Part shown: piece by piece, positions 1 to 9,500 of the stretch
Numbering within the stretch: position 1 is the first letter of the stretch
How the letters are laid out: each line of letters opens with the position of its first letter
Assembly (NCBI GenBank): GCA_943354835.1
Contig: CALRDH010000002.1
Location: 106,270 to 170,269 of the forward strand
Reading direction: 5' to 3'
Length of the DNA stretch: 64,000 bases
Origin: a candidate division WWE3 bacterium
GTDB lineage: Bacteria > Patescibacteriota > WWE3 > 2-01-FULL-39-13
Notes under the pieces: model-generated
What the model was told of the DNA's origin: nothing
The model's input: the letters and a program-made list of their open reading frames with translations, nothing else
Databases searched by the model: none
Translations under genes and position numbers: made by a program

Positions 1-63
1 TCTAACTTTATTTGCGCCAAGCGCCGTTATTGATGATGTCGCAATTTCAAAAAATCTCATATT

Positions 64-747
64 TTATAAAGTCTTACTAATTTTTCCGTCTTTAAGTATT
101 ATCTTTCGGTTTGCAACTTCTGCCAATTCTTCGTCGTGCGTAACTATTACAATTGTTTTTCCTGATTTATTCAATTTACGAAATAGCTCAATAATTTCTG
201 TTCCTGTTTTTGAATCAAGATTTCCTGTAGGTTCGTCGGCCAAAATTAAATCTGGATCATTAATTAAGGCACGTGCAATTGCCACGCGTTGTTTTTGACC
301 TCCTGATAACTCATTTGGCTTATTATTTTTGCGATCTGATAAACCCACAATTTCTAACATTTTTAATGCCCTACTTTCCCATTCTGATTTTGGAACTTGG
401 CTGTATTTTAGTGGCAAAATAATATTGTCTAAAGATGATGTCCTTTGTAATAAATTGAATGATTGAAAAACAAACCCGATAGATCTGTTCCTTTGAAAAG
501 AAAGTTCATTCTGATTTAACCTGCTTACATCTTTATCATTTAAAAGGATGCTTCCTGAAGTTGGAGTATCCAAAAGTCCAATCAAATGCATCAAAGTCGA
601 TTTGCCTGAGCCAGATTTTCCAACGATCGATACAAACTCGCCTTTCTTTATTTTTATATCAACGCCAGAGAGTGCATTTATAACTTCACTCCCTAATCTG
701 TAAGTTTTAAAAACATTTTGTGTTTCGATAATTGTTTGTGTTGGCAC
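64..747 (-). CDS. ABC transporter ATP-binding protein (MacB/LolD-like)
   Basis: Walker A GKSGSGKST, ABC signature LSGGQKQRVAIARAL, Walker B LILADEPTGNLD; a cognate permease would lie upstream of the window. Confidence 0.9.
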   Translation of the reverse strand: MPTQTIIETQNVFKTYRLGSEVINALSGVDIKIKKGEFVSIVGKSGSGKSTLMHLIGLLDTPTSGSILLNDKDVSRLNQNELSFQRNRSIGFVFQSFNLLQRTSSLDNIILPLKYSQVPKSEWESRALKMLEIVGLSDRKNNKPNELSGGQKQRVAIARALINDPDLILADEPTGNLDSKTGTEIIELFRKLNKSGKTIVIVTHDEELAEVANRKIILKDGKISKTL

Positions 748-748
748 C

Positions 749-1819
749 TTATTTTTCTGACATTTTCCCAGGTTTGCCGTCTAAAAGTTCGATTTTTGAA
801 TCAGCTGATGTAATAACCTGTGTCAAACTATCTAGACCTATTACTTCTGTGTATAAATTACCTTCAACACCAATTTCGATATCCATTCTTCGTATAATAT
901 TTCCACTTACGAGTGTCCAAACGTAATTTGAACCATCAGTGTCTGTATATATTGCGTCAAATGGAATTGCATTTACAACGCCTTCTGATTTTTGAATAAC
1001 AACATCGACATCTCCAGTCATGCCGATAAGTATCGGGAGTTCATTATTAGCTTTATCTTCTACTTTAATTTTGATTATAAAACTTCCACTATTTGTTGAA
1101 CCTGTTTCTGCAGAAGCCGGAAGTTCATATACTTTTCCTTCAAATACTTCGTCTGAATATGCATCAAGTGATATGTGGACTGGTTGATCAATTTTAATTT
1201 TGCCAAAATCCTCTTGGTCAATAGCTACTTCAATATATTTCTTTGAAAGATCTGCGACTTGATAGATTGTTTCACCTGCGGACGCGACTTCTCCAACATC
1301 TTTTGTGACATTTAATACAGTTCCTGCAAATGGAGATCTAATTTTTAAATTATCAAGTGAACCGACTGTTGATTGATATGAGCTTTCGGCTTGGCTTATT
1401 AATTCATCATATTTTCTAATTTGAATTTTGTATTCATCGCTGTTATGAAAGTCACTAGAAGAATCTGCGTATGTATCTATATATGCTTCTTTATTTCTGA
1501 TTGCTATGTCTCTTGAATCTTTAGCGCTTTGTGAAGATTGTGCTTGTGGAAATGCGTATATTTGAGCTAAAAGCTGTCCTTTTGAAACTTGTGTACCTTT
1601 TTCTTTGCCTAGATATGATATTTTTCCGGAAGCTGCGAATGCAAGATCGGCTTGATTTTCGGATTTGACAACTCCGCTTGCTGATATTGTGCTTTCGACA
1701 TCAACCTGCTGAATTTCAACAAGGTTAACTGCAATTGGTGACTGCTTTGACCTTATAAAATATATGCTGATAATTAAGATTGCTATTGCAGAAGCAATAT
1801 ATATGTATTTTCTTTTCAT
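749..1819 (-). CDS. HlyD/MacA-like periplasmic adaptor (membrane fusion protein)
   Basis: N-terminal TM anchor, coiled-coil-rich middle and beta-barrel-like C-terminus; start is 1 bp from the ABC ATPase gene. Confidence 0.7.
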   Translation of the reverse strand: MKRKYIYIASAIAILIISIYFIRSKQSPIAVNLVEIQQVDVESTISASGVVKSENQADLAFAASGKISYLGKEKGTQVSKGQLLAQIYAFPQAQSSQSAKDSRDIAIRNKEAYIDTYADSSSDFHNSDEYKIQIRKYDELISQAESSYQSTVGSLDNLKIRSPFAGTVLNVTKDVGEVASAGETIYQVADLSKKYIEVAIDQEDFGKIKIDQPVHISLDAYSDEVFEGKVYELPASAETGSTNSGSFIIKIKVEDKANNELPILIGMTGDVDVVIQKSEGVVNAIPFDAIYTDTDGSNYVWTLVSGNIIRRMDIEIGVEGNLYTEVIGLDSLTQVITSADSKIELLDGKPGKMSEK

Positions 1820-2877
1820 GATTTTTTCGACTTTGTGACTTTGGGCTTAAGAACAAATTTATTCACTATAAGCCCTATCGATGACACTACAATTATAATA
1901 GATAAAGTTGAGCCGATAATTGGCGTCATTGTCAAAATATCTAAAAGCAAAACTCCTGTTATAAGTTGAAGAATTCCAAGCGGTCTTTTTTCAAAAACTT
2001 TTTGACCAAGTGCGATTGCTGGAATTACGTATCCAAAATAACCGACAAATATTGTTAGGAACGCAATAAAAAGCCCAATAGGAATACCTATGATTGATAT
2101 AAAAAGTGCCATTACAATAATAGGGATTAATATGGAACTTGCGACTCCAATTAGAATATTTCGTCCAAAACTTGTTTTATATGAAACTACAATGTCAGAC
2201 AATTTATCTTTGTTGATTTTAAGAAGTATAAGTCCGACTAATATCATGGTTAATGAGTGAAGAATTTTTGAAAGGATTAAATCTGATCTATTTGTGTTTT
2301 CAATATCCTCATCTTTCATTGTTTCTATAACTTGTCCATTTATGAAGGAATTTTCTAGAATTTCTGGTTTTGGTCCGCTGTAATATAAATTACCAATTAT
2401 TTTTCCGGAAATTGTGGAGATTATCTCTGAATCTGTTTGTTCAGGAGCATTTAAGTTAAGACTTTGGCCTATTCTTCCGTCTAGTACTAATTTATTTGTA
2501 AAACCGTATGCGTCTTTTTCTATTTCACCTAATGTTGAGACATAAACGTTGTCAGCAATATATAGTAATGATCCACTAATTGGTGCATTAACAGTAATTT
2601 GTTCTGCAACAATTCGAGCACTGCCTTTTATTGGAGAATTTATAGTGATTTTTTTGCCTATGGCAAAAAAATCACCTGCAATCTCTTTTTCAACAGTAAT
2701 ATTGTCACCGATTACAAAAACATCCGTGTTTTTATTTTCCTGAATTGAAATATCATTTGAAACCTCTATAAAAGGAGCTTCCTTTGAAAGAACTTCAGCA
2801 TTTGCAACATTTGGATTTATGATAAGAAGCAGGGCAATTAGAATCAAGGCGAAATTTGTTTTCATATTAATTTTCAT
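1816..2877 (-). CDS. Exported membrane protein with bactofilin-like (CcmA-type) repeat region and a C-terminal polytopic domain
   Basis: Signal peptide; repeated GD/IGxx beta-helical-type motifs (DVFVIGDNITV...FAIGKKITI...); about 5 C-terminal TM segments; overlaps the adaptor gene by 4 nt. Confidence 0.45.
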   Translation of the reverse strand: MKINMKTNFALILIALLLIINPNVANAEVLSKEAPFIEVSNDISIQENKNTDVFVIGDNITVEKEIAGDFFAIGKKITINSPIKGSARIVAEQITVNAPISGSLLYIADNVYVSTLGEIEKDAYGFTNKLVLDGRIGQSLNLNAPEQTDSEIISTISGKIIGNLYYSGPKPEILENSFINGQVIETMKDEDIENTNRSDLILSKILHSLTMILVGLILLKINKDKLSDIVVSYKTSFGRNILIGVASSILIPIIVMALFISIIGIPIGLFIAFLTIFVGYFGYVIPAIALGQKVFEKRPLGILQLITGVLLLDILTMTPIIGSTLSIIIVVSSIGLIVNKFVLKPKVTKSKKS

Positions 2878-2974
2878 TTTAACATCTTTTGTATCGTATC
2901 AAATGATTTATCTTTTTCCCCTAATTTAACTTGGTTTAAATCGCATTAAGTGACAAAATAAATGTGTTGACGCA

Positions 2975-4177
2975 ATGTATACAAACATATATACTTTGAA
3001 TACATCTCGTCGAAGATGTATACAAACTATGCAAAACTTTAAAATTGGTTTAGATATAGAACAAAAAGAGGGTTATAAAGCATTTACCCCAAACATATTT
3101 CCACCTATAGGTGGTTTTGATTTTGAACATAAAATTTTAAAAAAGAATAATGAGGCAACTCGATTGCTTGGAAAACTTGATGGTATTACCAAACTACTCC
3201 CGGACGCTGATTTCTTCCTTTTGATGTATTTACGAAAAGATGCAGCTTCTTCAAGTCAAATCGAGGGAACTATGGCCACGATGATTGACGCTATTGAAGC
3301 AGAAATCAAAATTAATACAAACATACCTGACGATGTTGATGATATTTTGCATTACATCAAAGCACTTAATTATGGAATAAGGCGAATGAAATCAGATAAT
3401 TTTCCTATGGCACTTAGATTTATTCGAGAGTTGCATAAGCAATTGATGTCTAAGGCTCGGGCAACTCATTTTTCTGATCCAGGCGAATTCCGCAAAAGTC
3501 AAAATTGGATTGGAGGTACAAGACCAGATAATGCCAAATTTGTACCACCAACTGTTTTTGATATGCATAATGCGCTTAACGATTTAGAAAAGTTTATACA
3601 TTCAGATGATGTTACTCCAACAGTAATAAAAGCTGGATTGATTCATGCCCAATTTGAAACGATTCACCCTTTTTTAGATGGTAATGGAAGAACAGGAAGA
3701 ATGTTAATAACCTTTTATCTTTGGAAGGAAGGCTATTTGGAAAAACCAGTCTTGTTCTTATCGTCTTTTTTTAAGAAACATCAAAAGTTATATTATGAAA
3801 AGTTGTTTGATTATCATAATGGAAATGTATCTGATTGGATAGACTTTTTTCTTGATGGAGTAATTGAAATTGCTAATGAAGCCATTGATATCGTTGGGAA
3901 AATTACTTTTTTGCGATACACCGATACTATGAAAATTCAAAAACTTGGCAAGCGTGCTTCTGAAAGTGCAACAAGTGTCCTACCAAAATTATATGGTCAA
4001 CCAATAGTGAATGTTAATGTAATTCAAGAATGGACGGGGTTCACTCGGGCTGGTGCGCAATCAGTCATCGATAGATTTATTGAGCTTGAGATTTTATCAC
4101 CAAAAGACAAGAATAAGAAATACGGCCAATCATATATTTACAAGGACTACATCGAACTTTTTAGTAGAAAAGATTAA
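2975..4177 (+). CDS. Fic family protein (class II, intrinsic inhibitory motif)
   Basis: Fic motif HPFLDGNGRTGR; inhibitory-helix motif SSQIEG ((S/T)xxxE(G/N)) upstream; C-terminal winged-helix-like tail. Confidence 0.9.
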   Translation: MYTNIYTLNTSRRRCIQTMQNFKIGLDIEQKEGYKAFTPNIFPPIGGFDFEHKILKKNNEATRLLGKLDGITKLLPDADFFLLMYLRKDAASSSQIEGTMATMIDAIEAEIKINTNIPDDVDDILHYIKALNYGIRRMKSDNFPMALRFIRELHKQLMSKARATHFSDPGEFRKSQNWIGGTRPDNAKFVPPTVFDMHNALNDLEKFIHSDDVTPTVIKAGLIHAQFETIHPFLDGNGRTGRMLITFYLWKEGYLEKPVLFLSSFFKKHQKLYYEKLFDYHNGNVSDWIDFFLDGVIEIANEAIDIVGKITFLRYTDTMKIQKLGKRASESATSVLPKLYGQPIVNVNVIQEWTGFTRAGAQSVIDRFIELEILSPKDKNKKYGQSYIYKDYIELFSRKD

Positions 4178-4305
4178 TAAGCATAATCCAGTTTGTCTTT
4201 TCACTCCTTTAGGTGTATTATCCTCCCATCTTATATACGGGCCTGGCAAATTTATCAATAGACTTTAATGTCTGGGGATTTTTTGAATCTGGCCTTTTGT
4301 AAAAA

Positions 4306-5934
4306 ATGATATTAGATAAGATTCGAGAAAACTTAAAATCAGGTTTGACTGTTTCACTTATTTCTATACCTCTATCGGTATCATTAGCTGTTTCATCTGG
4401 AGTAACTCCAGTAGTCGGTATTATGACAGCAATTTGGGCTGGTATTATTGCCGCCATTTTTGGGGGAAGCAATTTTAATATTGTAGGTCCAACTGGCGCA
4501 CTTTCGGGAATAATTGCAGCATATGTGATTTTGCATGGTATGACCGGACTTCCGATTGTTGCAGTTCTTGTTGGAATTTTTATTTTAATTGCGTATGTTT
4601 TGAAATTAGAACGATATCTTATTCTTATTCCATCAAGTGTTATACATGGATTTACACTTGGAGTCGCCTTTATTATTGGTTTAGGACAGTTTAATTTTGC
4701 CTTCGGTCTAAAAAATCTTCCAGCACACGAGAGTCTTTTATTGAATATGTTTGAATCCGTTAAACATATTGGAAGTAGTTCTGTTTTAACCCTTTTTGTA
4801 TTTTTGATGTTTCTTATTGGCCTTTTAATGTTTAAGAAATTTACACCAAAACTTCCAGGAGCTATTATTCTTGCGCCAATTGGAATTTTAACTGGCTATT
4901 TAAGTGAAAGATCGATTATTCCTGTTGTTTTACAAACTTTAGGTAGTAAGTTTGGCGAAATCTCATTTCATTTTTTTGAAATTCCACATTTTCAATTTAC
5001 TTTTGACATGATCGAGACAGCAGCTGTTATTGCTCTTGTTGCGATTTTAGAAACTTTGCTTTCAGCAAAGATTGCAGATGGTATGACAGCAACAAAGCAT
5101 AATGAAAGAAAAGAAATGTTAGGACTTGGTCTGGCAAATATTGTTTCTGGATTAGTTGGTGGTATGCCAGCAACTGCAGCTTTGGCTCGTACTTCTCTTA
5201 ATATTAAAACTGGTGCAACGCATAAAACTTCAGCAATTATAAGCTCAATTTGTATTGCGATAATTTCAGTTATTTTCCTTTGCTATTTTAAGTACATTCC
5301 TTTAGCTGTTATTGCTTCGATTTTAGTTTATGTTGCGATTCAAATGGTCGAGCAGGAACATTATAAAAAGCTTTGGAAGTATGAAAGATTTGGCTTTTAT
5401 GTTTCTATTTTTGTTGCTATTGTGACGATTGTTATTGATCCAATTACTGGAATTCTTTTTGGTGTGTCAGTATCGCTTCTTGCTTTTGTTGACCGAATTT
5501 CTAAAGGTCACTTTGAGGCACATGTAAATAAATTTGAAGCTGGAATTGTTGATACCGTTTCTGGAGTTGATATAAGTGAAATTAAAGAAGATGGTGATGT
5601 TTTAGTTTATTCATTCAAGGGAAAGTTGTGCTACATAAATAGCCGTTCTCATCTTGGACGTTTTGAAGCTAATTTTAAAAAATATAAGTCAATTATTTTA
5701 AGGTTGCGCGAAGTCTACTTTATAGACGCGGATGGAATCGAAGCGCTTGATGAAATAATCGATATTGTAGAAGCAAGAGGACAAAAAGTACTATTATCTG
5801 GAATTAGCCAAAACACAAAAGACTTACTAGAGCAGTTATCATCTGGTTACAAAAAAATAAAAGCAAAGGGATTAATATTCGAAAAATCTGAACAAGGGTT
5901 AATTCATCTGGGAGTGAAGACTAGGAACCAATAA
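4306..5934 (+). CDS. SulP family anion transporter with C-terminal STAS domain
   Basis: About 11 TM helices, then an anti-sigma-antagonist-like region (FIDADGIEALDEI). Confidence 0.85.
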   Translation: MILDKIRENLKSGLTVSLISIPLSVSLAVSSGVTPVVGIMTAIWAGIIAAIFGGSNFNIVGPTGALSGIIAAYVILHGMTGLPIVAVLVGIFILIAYVLKLERYLILIPSSVIHGFTLGVAFIIGLGQFNFAFGLKNLPAHESLLLNMFESVKHIGSSSVLTLFVFLMFLIGLLMFKKFTPKLPGAIILAPIGILTGYLSERSIIPVVLQTLGSKFGEISFHFFEIPHFQFTFDMIETAAVIALVAILETLLSAKIADGMTATKHNERKEMLGLGLANIVSGLVGGMPATAALARTSLNIKTGATHKTSAIISSICIAIISVIFLCYFKYIPLAVIASILVYVAIQMVEQEHYKKLWKYERFGFYVSIFVAIVTIVIDPITGILFGVSVSLLAFVDRISKGHFEAHVNKFEAGIVDTVSGVDISEIKEDGDVLVYSFKGKLCYINSRSHLGRFEANFKKYKSIILRLREVYFIDADGIEALDEIIDIVEARGQKVLLSGISQNTKDLLEQLSSGYKKIKAKGLIFEKSEQGLIHLGVKTRNQ

Positions 5935-6571
5935 TTCTATAATGTCCGATTATTTCCCAGGTAAATAAAACATCCTCGAGTTGTGGTCCGCGTCCTGCAT
6001 TGTGAACAATTAAGTATCTTTGAGAGGTTAAATCAAATGCGTTCACAACAAGTCCTGTATGGACTCTGCCATTTGCAAATCTCCAGACTACTACATCACC
6101 TGGAATATAATCATTAGCATCATCTGTTACAGGCAGATCATAGTTTTTCCTTTGAAAATATGTTTGCAAATTTGGAACACGCCTATGGTCAATATTCTTA
6201 TCAGGTGCGGTTAAACCCCAGAGATTTGGATACACTTTAAAATTCGACGACATATCTTCGTGAATTTCTTTTTGTAAATCTATATCGATGTCTCTAAATG
6301 CCCTAATTATTACATCTGAACAGACTCCAACGTTCGCTGGAACATCTCCGTTTGGATAATCAATATCATAATAAGCAGGGTCGTATGTAACGGCACTTTT
6401 GGTTTGGTTGATTGTTGATTCTACAAGTGTTTTTATAGTTGGATTTTCGACTGTATTGTAGACTATGTTTTGGCTTGAGATATTAGTTAAGGACTTTAAT
6501 TTTACAAAAAAAACGCTAATTGGAATTGCGAATAACAAAAATAAAATTAGTAAAAGGGATTGAACTTTCAT
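5921..6571 (-). CDS. DUF1287-like membrane-anchored protein
   Basis: N-terminal TM; C-terminal region DVVVWRFANGRVHTGLVVN...IVHNAG typical of DUF1287; convergent 14-nt overlap with SulP. Confidence 0.55.
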   Translation of the reverse strand: MKVQSLLLILFLLFAIPISVFFVKLKSLTNISSQNIVYNTVENPTIKTLVESTINQTKSAVTYDPAYYDIDYPNGDVPANVGVCSDVIIRAFRDIDIDLQKEIHEDMSSNFKVYPNLWGLTAPDKNIDHRRVPNLQTYFQRKNYDLPVTDDANDYIPGDVVVWRFANGRVHTGLVVNAFDLTSQRYLIVHNAGRGPQLEDVLFTWEIIGHYRIIGS

Positions 6572-6573
6572 AA

Positions 6574-9500
6574 TTATTTATTTTTAGCTGTTCTTTTTTT
6601 TCGAATCAAGATGAATAGCAAAATTATAATAAGTATTGGAGTTCCAATAAATAATACGTAAATAACTTTTTGCTTAACGGAGGTGGATTCATTAGGTATT
6701 TTATTTGTTTGTTGTACTTGGGTTGTTTCAATTTTAACCGAGTTTAAATCTAAAGCGTTTTTACCATCAACTGTAAATGTTTCTGCAGTAGTTGACGCCC
6801 AGGTAGATGGATCGCTATTTAATTTCACTACAGCAGGTGGAACATTAAAAGTGCCATCTGATAATACGCGTGCTTTGTATTTGTAAACATATGTGCCAGA
6901 TAAGTTCCATGTAGAGAAATTTAGTTTAATTCCTTGATCTGTAATTTTGTGAGAAGCTGTTCTATCGGTTTGTCCAGGGATATCATCAAAGTTACCATTG
7001 TCTAGGCTTTGATCAATGGCCATTAGTCCAGCAGGTAAGTAATCTACTATTTCAACATTGTCTTCACCTAAACCTAGTCCGTCAATTTGTAATTGAACAA
7101 TAATTAAATCACCAATTTCTATTGGTTTTTTATTAATGTTTGTAGATAAATATTTTCTTGTAATTTCTAGATCGTTATTTTCCGCTGGATGTGATTTATC
7201 AATTACAAACTCTTTTTGAACTAATGCGCTATTAAGTTGACCATTGCCATTTTTTTCAATAATTATTTTTGAATTTGAATCGAATAATGATGCCGGAACT
7301 TTTACTGATTTTAATTGTTGCTGTGTACTTGATACCGTTCCTGTTGCTAAAACCTTTTGGTCAGCAATTACTTTATATGAATAATTTGGATTTATTTGAT
7401 CGGTATCTTGAAAGTATTTAATAATTGTTAAAAGTGTTAGTGCTTGAATTTCAGGTTCTGATTGAGGGTTTCTGTAAAGATAATCTAAAGCCTTTTCTAT
7501 ATCTATTGTTTTTGACCCAATCTGTTGTGAAGCATATACAGCCCATGCTGTTGGTCCTAAAATAATGTATTTTTGACTATTATTTGGTTTGACGTATATG
7601 CCCCTCCATGCCAATTGATTGTTAGTTGAATATGCGATTTCTGGTAATCTACTTTCTGCTTCTTTAGATATATCAAAACCTTGTCTTTTGTTAGCAATTA
7701 AGGCTCGTGAAATATATTCTGGATCTTTTGAAGAAGTTATATCTAATGCATGGCTATTTTGTTTTTTATCAGGAAATAGGGAAAGAGTGTACTGTTGTAA
7801 AAGATCTATCTTTGCCGAGGATTTATTTTGTTTGTAAATATAACTTAGCGTCTTATCAATAAAACTTTGATCAATTTCGTAGCCTGCTTTTCTCGCGATA
7901 GATATTGACTCTAAAATAAATATTGTTGCGTCAATGTCTATTGTGTTTATTGTCTGATTAATCCAATAGCCATTTGGATCTTGGTTATCTTTAAGAGAAT
8001 CGATTGCAGTCTTAACTTCTTGGTTAAGTTCATTTTGATTAAAATAAATTCCAAGGTCTTTGCCATTTTGCTTTAGCAAACTAGCTGCAATTAAAGTTGC
8101 AGCGTTGTCATAAATTGAACCACTGTATTGATTATTCACCAATGGGAGCAAAATTTTATCTATCTCATTATAACGACTGGCTTTGAGTTCAATACTTGAT
8201 TCGAGACGTTTACTATCCGTGCCACTTGTTGGGTTTAAAGAAAAACTTGCAGAATCAGTTTTTTTATCTATTTGTGTTTGCCAAGATCCATATTCATATA
8301 TTGGAAACTTCTCAATTGCATTATCTATCAAGTTACGATTATTTTGTCCTTGTGATTTAACGTTAAAGATAGCATTTTCGTTCATGCCAGTAATCTTTGT
8401 GGGAAATTTAATTTCCTGTATATCATTTGTATCTACTACAATTTGTTGTATCGATGATGACATATCGCCACCTGAAAGTTTTGCTTCTACAGAAAAATTG
8501 TCCTGATTTTTCGAAAAATTATTTATTAAAGCCGATAGAGTTAGCTGATCGCCAGTTCTTGCAAACATTGGAAATATTGGTCTAACAACGAAATCTTTTG
8601 TAACGATAAATTCGGTTTGGCCGGTACCAACTTGAGTCTTATCATTAGCAGTTATTGCAGCAGCCACCCAGGTAGTTAAATTGTCTGGTAGTGTAATTGT
8701 TACAGATGCTTTTCCGTCTTCGCCTGTAGAAATATTGGGGTTCCAGTAAGCAGTATCTTTATATTGTGAACGTGAATTATCTTTATCATTGTGAACATAA
8801 ATATCATTTGCAAAAAACGTATGAAAATTTTCGATTGCTAAGTTGTATACATCAAAATTTCCTCTTATCCATTCAATTGAATAAACTTCTAATCTAGTTT
8901 TATCGGATTTAAGCAGTGAATCACCAATATTAATTTCTCCTGCAGGAATCCATTTATTATTAACAAATAAAATATGTTCCGGAGTTATTTTAAATGAACT
9001 ATTTATAATCATGTATCCATCAACCTTTACAGCATGTGTTCCGGTCACCATTGCTGCTGCTTTTTCCTTAGTGCTAGTAGATCTGAATGTTTGAATTAAA
9101 TCGCCTTTAGCTACTTCATCTATTCTCTTTTTACTACCGTCAGACATGGTTATTAATGTATCGCCAGCAAAACAACCGCCTCCGCCTCCCCCTCCGTCAT
9201 TACTTGAAATTCCTTGATATGAATAATTTGTGGAAGTACTAAAACTTCTCTTATACCAAAAATTTTCATAAACACGATCAAACGAATTGTTATGTAATTC
9301 CAGTAATGCTTTATCAAAGACCCAAAATGCCATATCTGTTTTTATTAGGTTGCCATTACTATCTTTAGCAGTAATATCAAACTGAGCAGTTTCCCCAGGC
9401 TTGAAGGTTTTTTGTGATGGATCAATAGATACGAAAACTTTTTTATCATTAGTATCGACAGGAATATCTAAAGTAGATTTTTTCCATGATTCATTTAGGA

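Noticed and set aside
4053-4472. Small ORFs 4053..4268 (+) and 4218..4472 (-) between Fic and SulP
   Set aside because: They overlap the Fic 3' end and the SulP 5' end, have no RBS and give low-complexity translations; likely non-coding.
8788-9184. True self-splicing intein
   Set aside because: The Hint blocks are present, but the residue following the C-terminal HN is Asp rather than Cys/Ser/Thr, so canonical protein splicing is unlikely; it is classified as a BIL/Hint domain instead.
9185-9205. Run of seven Gly codons (ccgcctccgcctccccctcc on the plus strand) noticed as a possible simple repeat or slippery tract
   Set aside because: It is in frame within the giant ORF and encodes a Gly7 linker immediately before the Hint domain; no frameshift is needed.
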